A DNA stretch of 50,608 nucleotides from positions 1 to 50,608 of the forward strand of contig CAYRCP010000002.1 in the NCBI GenBank assembly GCA_964422755.1, read 5' to 3'. Below, one piece after another: positions 36,988 through 46,286 of the stretch. The number at the start of each line of letters is the position of its first letter. Positions within the stretch are counted from its first letter, which is position 1. The notes under the pieces were generated by a model. The model searched no databases. It saw only the letters and a list, made by a program, of their open reading frames with translations, and had not been told where the DNA came from. Position numbers and translations under genes: made by a program. Source of the stretch: an uncultured Bacteriovoracaceae bacterium. Its GTDB lineage: Bacteria > Desulfobacterota > Desulfomonilia > UBA1062.

Positions 36988-37161
36988 ATGGCATATGTAA
37001 TTACTGATGAATGTATCTGTTGTGGAACATGCCTTGATGAATGTCCTGTCGAGGCAATAAAAGAAGGTGATGATAAATATACCATCGATTCAGATCTCTG
37101 TACTGATTGTGGTGCTTGTGCGGATGTTTGCCCAACTGATGCTATAGAACCAGGGGAATAA
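36988..37161 (+). CDS. 2x[4Fe-4S] ferredoxin (57 aa)
   Basis: CICCGTCLDECP and CTDCGACADVCP. The start is set at MAYVITDE, with AAGGAGAG 5 nt upstream, rather than the outermost track start at 36928. Confidence 0.92.
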   Translation: MAYVITDECICCGTCLDECPVEAIKEGDDKYTIDSDLCTDCGACADVCPTDAIEPGE

Positions 37162-37170
37162 TTAAAAACT

Positions 37171-37210
37171 AAAGGCTTTCCTTTAGATATATGAGGAAAG
37201 CCTTTTTTTC
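37171..37210 (+). terminator. Rho-independent terminator after the ferredoxin gene
   Basis: Perfect 12-bp stem AAAGGCTTTCCT-N11-AGGAAAGCCTTT followed by TTTT. Confidence 0.85.
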
Positions 37211-37533
37211 ATACAACATGTTTCTTTTCATGCATGTGTCTGTATAACTTTTTACAGATACCGAGATTGTTATACCTTTTATACACGGAGATGTCGCTTA
37301 GCTATAGATCAGCATCCGGACTTATCATTACATTAATCTGCAACTACCGGCAACTTCGCCTTATTTAACTCGATCCATCCATAGCCCTCACCCTTTCGTC
37401 TCTCCCTGACGAATTGTCATTCGCTCTATTCCACCACTGCGTATTTTCGCGTTTCAAACGCATATAATTGGTCTTTCGTAGCCTTATTTCACAGGATTGT
37501 GTTTAAAAATATGTCACTGAAAAAGGAAATCAA

Positions 37534-37580
37534 GATACGAATCCGGTCGCAGATACAATCCCGGATTCGTATCGATTTTT
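37534..37580. terminator. Strong hairpin with a flanking T-run, about 100 nt downstream of the HU/IHF gene
   Basis: Perfect 13-bp stem GATACGAATCCGG-N14-CCGGATTCGTATC, then GATTTTT on the + strand. The minus-strand side reads TTGATTTCCTTTTT. Confidence 0.6.
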
Positions 37581-37679
37581 CGTTGAAGTGTATTTATGAA
37601 CTCTTCGGGAAATATTTAGATAAAAAGCTGTTCTTCTTTCTTGCTGATACCCCTGCAGTACAAGGTTCCTCTTACCGTA

Positions 37680-37970
37680 TTACCCCTTGCTCGTGAGTTT
37701 TGATCTCAGCACATTTGACAATGAGAATGTCACCACATTCCTGGGTGAAATGACAATCTCTTCAGCCGTTTTAGGATTACGACCTCTTCGCGCTGTTTTC
37801 TCCCTGACTTTCCACTTGCCAAAGCCGGAAATACTCACGGGCTCTTTCTCCTCAAGGGCTTGTTTAATGATTTCAATGAATGTCTCGATACCATCACTTG
37901 CCTCTTTTCGCGAAAGGCCAGTGCTCAAGACGATCTCATCGATAATCCCGCTTTTTGTCAAGGTGCCCAT
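37680..37970 (-). CDS. HU/IHF-family DNA-bending protein
   Basis: GFGKWKVREKTARRGRNPKTAEEIVISPRNVVTFSLS is the beta-arm with RNPKT. Length is 96 aa. Confidence 0.88.
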   Translation of the reverse strand: MGTLTKSGIIDEIVLSTGLSRKEASDGIETFIEIIKQALEEKEPVSISGFGKWKVREKTARRGRNPKTAEEIVISPRNVVTFSLSNVLRSKLTSKG

Positions 37971-38041
37971 ATGTACCTCCTTTGTATATCGCTCAGAATA
38001 GTATAACTATATAAAATTATTAATACCATAACATATAGATG

Positions 38042-38428
38042 TCAATACCCTTGTGGATTTGAAGTCTCTTTCAGAGATTTATTTATGCCAAGATCACGCG
38101 CCATGATAACGCGCAACCCGGAGATATTTATCTCTCTGAAATCGTGATTTACCCCGCAAGTAAATGAAAATATGTGTATTTTACCATGCGCTTGATTCTC
38201 GTTAATCGGCTCGATCTGAAATTTCCACCCCTGAGACTTCAGATAAGGAATTATTTTTTTTAGATCTTTCCAGACGAAACATTCATTCCAGTAATCCTCA
38301 TCAGATCTCCCACATGAGTGTTGATTGTCTTTCATGAGTTCATATCTGCCTGCCATCGGCATGGATGCGTAAATATTATATCTTCTCATAGCCTTTGTAT
38401 CGTCATCTTGGCGGTCACCCTTGAGCAA
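38042..38428 (-). CDS. Hypothetical protein (orphan) in an AT-rich stretch
   Basis: Open frame only. The outermost start is TTG, and a likelier ATG lies at 38389 (MRRYNIY...). No recognisable motifs. Confidence 0.4.
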   Translation of the reverse strand: MLKGDRQDDDTKAMRRYNIYASMPMAGRYELMKDNQHSCGRSDEDYWNECFVWKDLKKIIPYLKSQGWKFQIEPINENQAHGKIHIFSFTCGVNHDFREINISGLRVIMARDLGINKSLKETSNPQGY

Positions 38429-38514
38429 ATAGATGGGTGATCAGGACTGATATACTATCTTGCACATGAGTTACGGATTCGCCTCTCCATAAGCAATCAA
38501 TGGGAGGAAAATCC

Positions 38515-38690
38515 AAAGACAAGCCTTTGACTCTGTTTTACAGGCCCCGCAAAAAAACGGGGGAATCTTCGACAGGCAGCGGGAGAATGAACCCTGCGTT
38601 TTTATCCGGCGTCTTGTCGGGCGTAGTTAAGAATGAAGCCTGAAGCCGAAGACAAAGTACGAAGTTGCAAACGAAGCCTGACGAGGCCGG
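38515..38690. repeat. Family-2 degenerate intergenic repeat copy
   Basis: AAAGACAAGCCTTTGACTCTGTTTTACAGGCCCCGCAAAAAAACGGGGGAATCTTCG... followed by purine-rich GAAGCCTGAAGCCGAAGACAAAG words that resemble 38-62 in copy A of family 1. Confidence 0.5.
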
Positions 38691-38839
38691 CATTGCTTGA
38701 AAGATGAAGATGGCTGTGTTTGCAAAAGTCTCGCTCCTGATGAACCAACCAGGCAACTAATTGATCTTATTATTACATGGTTCATAGCGGATATAATTTG
38801 TCAATCATCTCATGCGATTAGCCGGCTCGCACATAAATA

Positions 38840-40195
38840 CTATGTGATCATATCAAGAGCGGATCGTACATGGGGCAGCCCGATAAGGTCGATCCCCTGG
38901 ACTTTTTTAAGAGATTCATAATTCGTCTTCGGGATCATTGCCCGGGTAAATCCCATCCTGATGGCCTCTCTGATCCTCGATTCCATATGATTCACGGGCC
39001 TCAATTCACCGTTAAGACCGACTTCTCCGATACAGACTACGCCTGAAGGAAGCGGTTTGTCCAGTGCACTCGAAGCAATAGCCATAACAACAGCCAGATC
39101 CACCGCAGGCTCATTCACCTTAATGCCTCCGGCAATATTGACCACCACATCGGAATTCGACAGATAGGTTCCCGCTCTCTTCTCCATGACCGCAAGCAGG
39201 ACAGACAACCGTGATGGATCCGAGCCGATGGATATCCTCTTGGGCATGGAATAGCTGGTCTTGCTCACCAGAGACTGAACCTCCACGACAAAGGCCCTGC
39301 TTCCTTCTATGGTCGCCATTACCGCGCTCCCGGAGGCATCTCCTCCAAGCCCGTGAATAAAGAGAGACGAGGGGTCTTTTACCTCGTGAAGACCCGTGGA
39401 TTTCATTTCGAAAACACCGATCTCGCCAGTGGTGCCGAACCGGTTTTTCACCGCGCGCAGGATCCGGAATGCACCTGAAGAATCCCCTTCAAAATACAGC
39501 ACCGTATCCACCATATGTTCGAGCATCTTAGGTCCTGCGATCCATCCGTCCTTTGTCACATGACCCACCACAAAGACAATGGTGTTCATCCCCTTTGCAA
39601 TCTCCATGAGGATCCCGGCGCTGCCTCGGACCTGCGACACGCTCCCCGGCGGAGCGTCCACCTGAGAGGAATATACCGACTGAATGGAATCGATCACCAC
39701 AAGATCGGGTTTGTGCACGTGAATCTGTTCCTTTATGTCCTCCAGAACAACTTCTGAATAGATCAGGATATTATCCGAAACAATCCCCAGTCTATCTCCT
39801 CTCATCTTAAGCTGCACAGGAGATTCTTCGCCGCTGATGTATAATATTTTGATGTTGCTTACCGCAAGATTATAGGCCATCTGGAGCATCATGGTCGATT
39901 TCCCGATCCCCGGGTCTCCCCCGATCAGGACCAGGGAACCCTCGACTATCCCGCCTCCGAGCACCCGGTCAAGCTCATCGATACCGCATTTTTTCCGGGC
40001 AAAATCAGCTGACTCGATACTCCCGAAGGGCATGGGCCTGCTCTGCCGTGCTCTTCTTGCCGTTGCACCCTTTCTTTCTTCGAAAACATCTTCAACCAGG
40101 GTGTTCCAGAGCGAGCAGGATGGGCATTTTCCCATCCACTGGGGGGATATGTAGCCGCATGATGAACAGCGATAGACTCTTTTCGGCTTGGCCAT
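38840..40195 (-). CDS. radA: DNA repair protein RadA/Sms
   Basis: Zn finger CSSCGYISPQWMGKCPSC, Walker A GGDPGIGKST, the KNRFG motif and a Lon-like C-terminal domain. Confidence 0.95.
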   Translation of the reverse strand: MAKPKRVYRCSSCGYISPQWMGKCPSCSLWNTLVEDVFEERKGATARRARQSRPMPFGSIESADFARKKCGIDELDRVLGGGIVEGSLVLIGGDPGIGKSTMMLQMAYNLAVSNIKILYISGEESPVQLKMRGDRLGIVSDNILIYSEVVLEDIKEQIHVHKPDLVVIDSIQSVYSSQVDAPPGSVSQVRGSAGILMEIAKGMNTIVFVVGHVTKDGWIAGPKMLEHMVDTVLYFEGDSSGAFRILRAVKNRFGTTGEIGVFEMKSTGLHEVKDPSSLFIHGLGGDASGSAVMATIEGSRAFVVEVQSLVSKTSYSMPKRISIGSDPSRLSVLLAVMEKRAGTYLSNSDVVVNIAGGIKVNEPAVDLAVVMAIASSALDKPLPSGVVCIGEVGLNGELRPVNHMESRIREAIRMGFTRAMIPKTNYESLKKVQGIDLIGLPHVRSALDMIT

Positions 40196-40197
40196 TC

Positions 40198-41892
40198 CTA
40201 TTGGGTTACCCTCAAAACCTCTTCAATGGTGGTGACACCATCTTCAACCTTGCGGGCACCATCTTGTCTCAGCGAGTGCAGCCCCTGCTCAATGGCTATT
40301 TTTTTTATGATATTGGAATCGGAAGACTTCAATATCGTGTTCTTTATGGGATCGTTCATGATGAGAATCTCATAGATCCCCGTTCTTCCCTTGTAGCCGG
40401 TCTCGATACATTCGGTGCAGCCTGCACCGCGATACAGGAAACCGTCCTTGCTGAGCATGTCCTTGGACAGACCTATATCCAACAGGCTCTCGTTCTCGGG
40501 AAAATATTTCTGTCTGCACGAAGGGCAGATCTTTCTTACCAGCCGTTGTGCAAAGATCGCATTTACCGACGATGTCACGAGAAACGGCTCGATCCCCATA
40601 TCGATCAACCTGGTGATCGCACTGGAGGCATCGTTGGTGTGCAGTGTGGAAAATACCAGATGCCCGGTGAGTGCCGCCTGGATAGCAATCTCTGCGGTCT
40701 CGAGATCTCTAATTTCGCCAACGAGGATCACATCAGGGTCCTGTCTGACGATAGAGCGCAATCCGGATGCGAAGCTCAAGCCCACTTTCGTATTTACCGG
40801 TATCTGTCCGATGCCCTTAAGCTGATACTCTATGGGATCTTCGATGGTCAGGATATTCTTATCCGGTGCGTTTATTCTGCTCAACATGGAATACAGTGAC
40901 GTGGTCTTCCCCGATCCGGTAGGACCGGTCACGAGTATGATGCCATGTTCCTGTTTGATCAGCTTCTCGATGATAACCAGATCATCGGGATAATAGCCAA
41001 GCTCCTCCAGTCCAAACAGGACAGAAGATTTGTCCAGAATTCTCATCACCACGCGTTCCCCGTTGACGGTGGGTACGGTGGAGATTCGAAGATCCACAGA
41101 GTGATCTCCGAGTTTTATCCCGATTCTGCCGTCCTGAGGGAGCCGCTTCTCGGCGATATTGAGCATCGCCATCACCTTTATGCGAGAGACAACAGCCGAA
41201 TGAATACGTTTGGGGAGAGTGACCACGTCATGGAGAATACCATCCACCCGGTAGCGCACCTTCACATCACTCTGGTACGGTTCGACATGGATATCCGAAG
41301 CCCTTTCCCTGTATGCCTGCACCATGAGGCGGTTAACCATACGGATAATGGGGGCCTCTGTCTCCATCACGGTAATGTCCTGAATGCTCTCGAGGTCCCG
41401 GAGTATCTCGTCTTCTTCCTCTTCGATATCCTCCATGATATCCTTGGCGCTCTCCTCCTTCATCTCCACGAGCCTGTTGATGGCAGCCAGGATTTCCTGT
41501 TTGGGAGCAAGGACCCTTTTGATGTCCTTGACCACCATGATCTTGGAGATATCGAATAACGCCTCCTGATTGGTGGGATCGTTCACCGCCACCACCATGG
41601 TGTCACCCTGCACCTTTACCGGGACCATAACATATTTGCGCAGGAAGGTTATAGGCAGCTTGTCAATAATCGAGGGATCCACCTCGATCTCGCCGATCAT
41701 GTTCACAAGCGAGATACTCCACTGCTTTGACAGCGCCTCAATCATGTCATGATCTGAGAGAACGCCTGTGGCAAGAAGTGCATCCTGCAGAGACACGGCC
41801 TTTTCCCTCTGAATCGAACGGGCCTTGTCCAAGGCTGACTCGTCAATGAGGCTCATGTCCAGGAGAACGTCCTCAAGGCTTTGAATTTTCAT
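40198..41892 (-). CDS. GspE/PilB/MshE-family secretion ATPase with a T2SSE_N / MshEN-like N-terminal domain
   Basis: Walker A GPTGSGKTT, Walker B/Asp box ILVGEIRD, and the tetracysteine motif CPSC...CTEC. Length is 564 aa (PilB/MshE-like). Confidence 0.92.
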   Translation of the reverse strand: MKIQSLEDVLLDMSLIDESALDKARSIQREKAVSLQDALLATGVLSDHDMIEALSKQWSISLVNMIGEIEVDPSIIDKLPITFLRKYVMVPVKVQGDTMVVAVNDPTNQEALFDISKIMVVKDIKRVLAPKQEILAAINRLVEMKEESAKDIMEDIEEEEDEILRDLESIQDITVMETEAPIIRMVNRLMVQAYRERASDIHVEPYQSDVKVRYRVDGILHDVVTLPKRIHSAVVSRIKVMAMLNIAEKRLPQDGRIGIKLGDHSVDLRISTVPTVNGERVVMRILDKSSVLFGLEELGYYPDDLVIIEKLIKQEHGIILVTGPTGSGKTTSLYSMLSRINAPDKNILTIEDPIEYQLKGIGQIPVNTKVGLSFASGLRSIVRQDPDVILVGEIRDLETAEIAIQAALTGHLVFSTLHTNDASSAITRLIDMGIEPFLVTSSVNAIFAQRLVRKICPSCRQKYFPENESLLDIGLSKDMLSKDGFLYRGAGCTECIETGYKGRTGIYEILIMNDPIKNTILKSSDSNIIKKIAIEQGLHSLRQDGARKVEDGVTTIEEVLRVTQ

Positions 41893-44002
41893 CTTTCTCC
41901 CTGCTTATGTTATTGCCTTTATTCTCGCTGAGCTCTTTGTACTTCTCCCGGTAGAGCCCCTTGACCTTGTCATCGGTATCGATTATGCGCGGAGTCAGGA
42001 AGATATAGAGATTGGTCGTCTCCCTGATATTTGACATTGACTTGAAGAGGTATCCGAGAAGCGGGATTCTGCTCAGCAGAGGCACCCGGGTATCACCCAT
42101 CGTGAGGGTATCTCCGATGAGTCCGCCGATGACCATGGTGCTCCCGTCCTTTACCGTTACGGTTGTATTTGCTGATCGCTTCAAGGTTGTCGGGGCAAAT
42201 TCCTCCTCACCCTGCCCGGGCACCAGTGTGGTGTTTTCCTGGAACAGTTCGATCCGGATATTGCCCTGCTGGTTGATCTGCGGTGTCAGACGAAGGGTCA
42301 CACCCACATCACGATAGTCGAAGGTGCGCACCGTCCTGTTGATATTGGTGCTGTCCGTGTCTGTTTTCGTAACATAGGGGACATTGGCCCCCACCTTGAT
42401 CTCCGCCTCCTTGTTATCCATGGTGATGATCTGTGGGGTGGAGATAATGTTCACATCGGAATCCGTTGCCATGGCATTGATAAACGAAGACATGTTCGGG
42501 AAGGTTATCTGGGTATCACCGCTGCCTATAGTGATGGTCTCACCCACAACACCCAGAAGAGAGCCGGAAGGGAGATCTCCGGGGCTGGAGATAAAGTTCT
42601 GCCCGGTCCTGCCGAAGACGCCACCTGTACGCTGGCCGTCATCGTATTTGAAATCTTCGAAAAAGGTCCACTCGACCCCCACCTTGAAATCCTTATCGGT
42701 TTTCACCTCCATGATAAGTGCCTCGATGTAGACCTGTTTCCTTGGGATATCCAGATACTCGATGGTCGCGATAATGCTCTTGTATGCGTATGGATCGGCA
42801 TAGATTATCAGGGAATTGGTTTCCGGGTCAGAGCTGATCTTGATCTCCTGGCCCTGGGATGTGCTGCGCGTTGTGGCGGACTTTCCTTTGACGGCATTAG
42901 GGGTTTCAGGGCTTTCCGGAGTAGGCATATCGGTCAGGACCTTCGCCATGTCTTCTGCATTGGCATATTGCAGATAGTACACGTGGATATCCTCCTTGCC
43001 GCTCGGGGTGGCAATATCCAGCGTCTTGATGAGTGTTTCGATCTCCGGCATATCCATTGCCGAGGCAAGGACAATGAGGGCATTTGTCCGTTCATAGGGG
43101 ATGATCTTGGCCGAGGCCTTTCCACCGACAACGCCGACCTGTCGGGTTCTCCGTACACGGCTTGTCTGTGCTGCGCTGTCTTCTGCAAGGATCTCGGTGA
43201 GTTTCCCGCTCAGATCGCTTGCCGAGGCATAGGTAAGGGTGAAAATGCGTACCTCCTGTGCAAAACCCGTCACATCTACGACATTGAGGATATCCATAAT
43301 CTTTTGTATGTTGGACATGGTATCGGTGATAATGAGTACATTGCTCTGGGGATACGCCAGAAGCTGTGATGTGCCTTTTGAGATGAGCGGAGACAGAAGG
43401 GTGCGCATGTCGTTTGCCTCGGCATGCTTTAAGGGAATAATCTGTGTCACCATCCGGTCTTCCCTCAGAGCAGGGAGATTAATGGCCGTCTCAAGGCTCT
43501 TGGTAATCGCTTCTGACGACTTTACGATCTTTGTTACACCGCCCACAGTGACCGTCCCGTACCCGTTCACCTCGAGCACAGAGAGAAACACCTGATATGC
43601 CTCGTCAAGGCTCATTTTTCTCGGGGATATTACCGTGACCTTCCCGGACACCTTATCATCGAGAATGAAATTCCTGCCGGTTATGTCTGCAATGAATTTA
43701 ATAAAAACCTTGATATCCACACCATCGAAATCCATGGTGACCAGTTGCGCAGCGTCATCGGGGTCTTGAGCATTTACCTGTCTTGCTTGAGGCACATTCT
43801 GAGCCTTCCCGGTCAGGAGGGCAGGTTCCTTCGGCAGGACCCTGGCCCGGGGCTGAGTCTGCTTTCCTGAGGACTTTTCAATATTCACTTCTGGCGCAGG
43901 TGTTACTGATTCGGCGTCCTGCATCAACCGTGCTCCCCATATGCAAGGAGTGTCCAGCAAGAGAATCATCACTGCCACCAAGATTGCCTTTCGCGTATTC
44001 AT
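41873..44002 (-). CDS. gspD: Secretin (GspD-type: signal peptide, N0-N3 domains, secretin domain)
   Basis: N0-like VTMDFDGVDIKVFIKFIADITGRNFILD. Secretin core NIISTPQIITMDNKEAEIKVG...VTVKDGSTMVIGGL...VPLLSRIPLLGYLF. Confidence 0.9.
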   Translation of the reverse strand: MNTRKAILVAVMILLLDTPCIWGARLMQDAESVTPAPEVNIEKSSGKQTQPRARVLPKEPALLTGKAQNVPQARQVNAQDPDDAAQLVTMDFDGVDIKVFIKFIADITGRNFILDDKVSGKVTVISPRKMSLDEAYQVFLSVLEVNGYGTVTVGGVTKIVKSSEAITKSLETAINLPALREDRMVTQIIPLKHAEANDMRTLLSPLISKGTSQLLAYPQSNVLIITDTMSNIQKIMDILNVVDVTGFAQEVRIFTLTYASASDLSGKLTEILAEDSAAQTSRVRRTRQVGVVGGKASAKIIPYERTNALIVLASAMDMPEIETLIKTLDIATPSGKEDIHVYYLQYANAEDMAKVLTDMPTPESPETPNAVKGKSATTRSTSQGQEIKISSDPETNSLIIYADPYAYKSIIATIEYLDIPRKQVYIEALIMEVKTDKDFKVGVEWTFFEDFKYDDGQRTGGVFGRTGQNFISSPGDLPSGSLLGVVGETITIGSGDTQITFPNMSSFINAMATDSDVNIISTPQIITMDNKEAEIKVGANVPYVTKTDTDSTNINRTVRTFDYRDVGVTLRLTPQINQQGNIRIELFQENTTLVPGQGEEEFAPTTLKRSANTTVTVKDGSTMVIGGLIGDTLTMGDTRVPLLSRIPLLGYLFKSMSNIRETTNLYIFLTPRIIDTDDKVKGLYREKYKELSENKGNNISREKDENSKP

Positions 44003-44018
44003 TCTTCCCCCTTGTAGA

Positions 44019-44744
44019 TTACTGCAGATGAATTATGGCATCAAACTCCATGTTGCCTCTGAGATATTCCAGGTCAGGGTCCTGGATTGCCCATAGCCTC
44101 ACTTCAGGGTTCAATGCGTATGCCTTTTTAAAGGCAGAAAGTGCTTCAGACGGATTCTTCATTTTCGCATATGCACATGCCATATTATAGAGAGGTTCGA
44201 CAAAATCACCTGATACCCTGTTTGCATGAACAAAATATCCTATGGCCTTATCCATATCCCCCTTTGCCAATAATACACTCCCGACATTATTCAAGATCCT
44301 GGCGTCACTGCGAAAGTATCGAAGCGCTTTTGTATAGGTGAGCAACGCCTTGTCATAATCACCTGATTCATAGTAGAGCCCGCCGAGCTTTAAATATGCA
44401 TCCACCTTATCCGGCGCGAGCCTGATGGCCGCTGCAAAACGCTCGATCTCACCGGCCGAATCTCCACCTTCATGCAACATGGTGCCCTGCACCGCACGAG
44501 AACCAACCTCTGAGGTAATCGATGCTTTCCTCTGCACGGTCACGTTTTTCATTTCTTCATTACCATCTTTCAGTGTTCTTACACCATAGAAAAGAGCTGC
44601 AGTACCCGCAGAGCTTATGATGATGGAGAACAGAATCAGCCAGAAAATCTTTGTCCGCGAAAAATTACCTTCTCTGACAACGCCAGCCGAGAGTGTTGCC
44701 TTCTGGGCTTGTATTCTCTGAAGCGCATCGTATATCGAACTCAT
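44019..44744 (-). CDS. Single-pass TPR protein with a GspB/ExeB/MshN-like N-terminus
   Basis: N-terminus MSSIYDALQRIQ, one TM (IFWLILFSIIISSAGTAALFYGV), then TPR repeats. Its start overlaps the gspA-like stop (ATGA). Confidence 0.7.
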   Translation of the reverse strand: MSSIYDALQRIQAQKATLSAGVVREGNFSRTKIFWLILFSIIISSAGTAALFYGVRTLKDGNEEMKNVTVQRKASITSEVGSRAVQGTMLHEGGDSAGEIERFAAAIRLAPDKVDAYLKLGGLYYESGDYDKALLTYTKALRYFRSDARILNNVGSVLLAKGDMDKAIGYFVHANRVSGDFVEPLYNMACAYAKMKNPSEALSAFKKAYALNPEVRLWAIQDPDLEYLRGNMEFDAIIHLQ

Positions 44745-46249
44745 TTGATCCCTTCTTCAAGAAGTGCAATCAGCGTTAAGGTCTCAGGTCCTGCAACACC
44801 ATCTCTATTGAGACCGAACTCCTCCTGTAATCGCTCAACACCATTAGCGGTCGCAATATCGTATAGCCCGCTGGGTTCATTCGAGATGTATCCGTGTTTC
44901 GACAATATATATTGCATTTTTTCGATTTCTTCTCCTGAATCTTCGAGGGTGTAGATCTTCTCTTCAAACTCTTTGGCATAATTTATCATTACATTCCATT
45001 TATATATAGAGGTGAATTCATCCATGGGCACCTCAACGATGGCCTTGTCCTTACCCAGAAAACGCACGAAATCATCCGTTGCATGGACCACAATCAGGTA
45101 TCCCTTTTCGACAGAGGCAATGGATGGTCTCTCTATAAGCTGCAGGCACGCAGGCTGTGGATGGAGATTAAGCGTATCCGGCCCGGTGAGCCCGTTCGGC
45201 AATAAAGCCAGGATCTCCAGTGCGGAATCATAGTCCTCAATGACCCAGTCACCCTGATTGGTCGGCTCTTCCCGCGTCTCTAAGGTCCGGTCCATGACTG
45301 GACGGTCAGTAGCAATAACCGAGCTGTCAATATATTCTGAAAAGTCCGAAAAAAGCGAAGGCCAGAATATCCCCAGGAACACAATGAAAAAAGCTGCAGC
45401 AATACCCGGGACGAGCAGTCTGCGGGAGAAAGTCTCTTCATGGTAATTGCCCTGCAATTCTTTAATTGCGCTTTCCACAATGCCCCTGTTAATGCTTCTC
45501 TTGCCCCTTAAGCATGCTATGAGCAGCGCCCGTTCTGCTGCGGCGTTAATCTTTCTGGGGAGTCCCCGGGCATAGGTGTAGATCTTTTTTAATGCCCCGG
45601 CGCTGAATTTAATATCCCCATGGGAACCCGAAACGGAAAGCCGGTGAGCGATATACTCTTTTGTATCAGCCAGCCCCAGAGGCCATATGTGGTATCGCAG
45701 CACGATGCGGTCGTTTATCTGTTTCAGATCCGGGCAGGAGAGCATCTTTGCAAGCTGGGGTTGTCCTATCAGCAGGATCTGAAGGAGTTTTTCCTTTTCG
45801 GTTTCCAGGTTGGAGAGCATACGGATCTGCTCCAGCACCTCGGGTGAGAGATTCTGACACTCATCGATAATTAAAACGGCATTTTCCCCATCGACAAAAA
45901 CCGTTATAAGAAAATCATAGAGCGCATCGAGAAGTTCCTTCTTCGAGGTGGAGCGCGCATCTATGCCGAAGTCCTGATTAATGGTCTGGAGAAGTTCAAC
46001 AGCCGACAGCGACGGGTTTAATACCAGCGCAGTCCGGGTTTCTCGGGGAAGCATGCCCAGGAGGGACCGGCAGATCGTAGTCTTGCCGGCACCCACCTCG
46101 CCGGTGATCAACACAAACCCCTTTCTTCGTTCAATCCCGTATTGGAGATGAGACAACGCCTCCCGGTGCACCTGGGAAAGAAAGAGAAATTTTGGATCAG
46201 GTGTCAGATTAAAAGGGTTTTCTGAAAGCCCGAAAAAACTTTCAAACAT
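44741..46249 (-). CDS. gspA: ExeA/GspA/MshM-like AAA ATPase with a TM segment and a C-terminal peptidoglycan-binding domain
   Basis: FGLSENPFNLTPDPKFLF...ITGEVGAGKTT, TM LLVPGIAAAFFIVFLGIFW, and PG_binding_1-like LQEEFGLNRDGVAGPETL. Confidence 0.88.
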   Translation of the reverse strand: MFESFFGLSENPFNLTPDPKFLFLSQVHREALSHLQYGIERRKGFVLITGEVGAGKTTICRSLLGMLPRETRTALVLNPSLSAVELLQTINQDFGIDARSTSKKELLDALYDFLITVFVDGENAVLIIDECQNLSPEVLEQIRMLSNLETEKEKLLQILLIGQPQLAKMLSCPDLKQINDRIVLRYHIWPLGLADTKEYIAHRLSVSGSHGDIKFSAGALKKIYTYARGLPRKINAAAERALLIACLRGKRSINRGIVESAIKELQGNYHEETFSRRLLVPGIAAAFFIVFLGIFWPSLFSDFSEYIDSSVIATDRPVMDRTLETREEPTNQGDWVIEDYDSALEILALLPNGLTGPDTLNLHPQPACLQLIERPSIASVEKGYLIVVHATDDFVRFLGKDKAIVEVPMDEFTSIYKWNVMINYAKEFEEKIYTLEDSGEEIEKMQYILSKHGYISNEPSGLYDIATANGVERLQEEFGLNRDGVAGPETLTLIALLEEGIK

Positions 46250-46286
46250 TAGTATTCCCCTGCCTGCTCTCTACACCACGAACACA

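Noticed and set aside
37211-38839. The AT-rich segment with an HU/IHF gene, considered as a prophage or integrative-element remnant.
   Set aside because: There is no integrase, recombinase, tRNA attachment site or direct-repeat boundary. I kept it only as a compositional oddity.
40048-40899. Long antisense or overlapping ORFs inside confidently assigned genes. Examples are 40048-40899, 17418-18098, 18150-18863, 25478-26194, 11161-11640, 1562-2026 and 34664-35200.
   Set aside because: Each lies opposite a gene with strong family motifs. Their products are Arg/His/Gly/Pro-rich with no signatures and no SD-supported starts.
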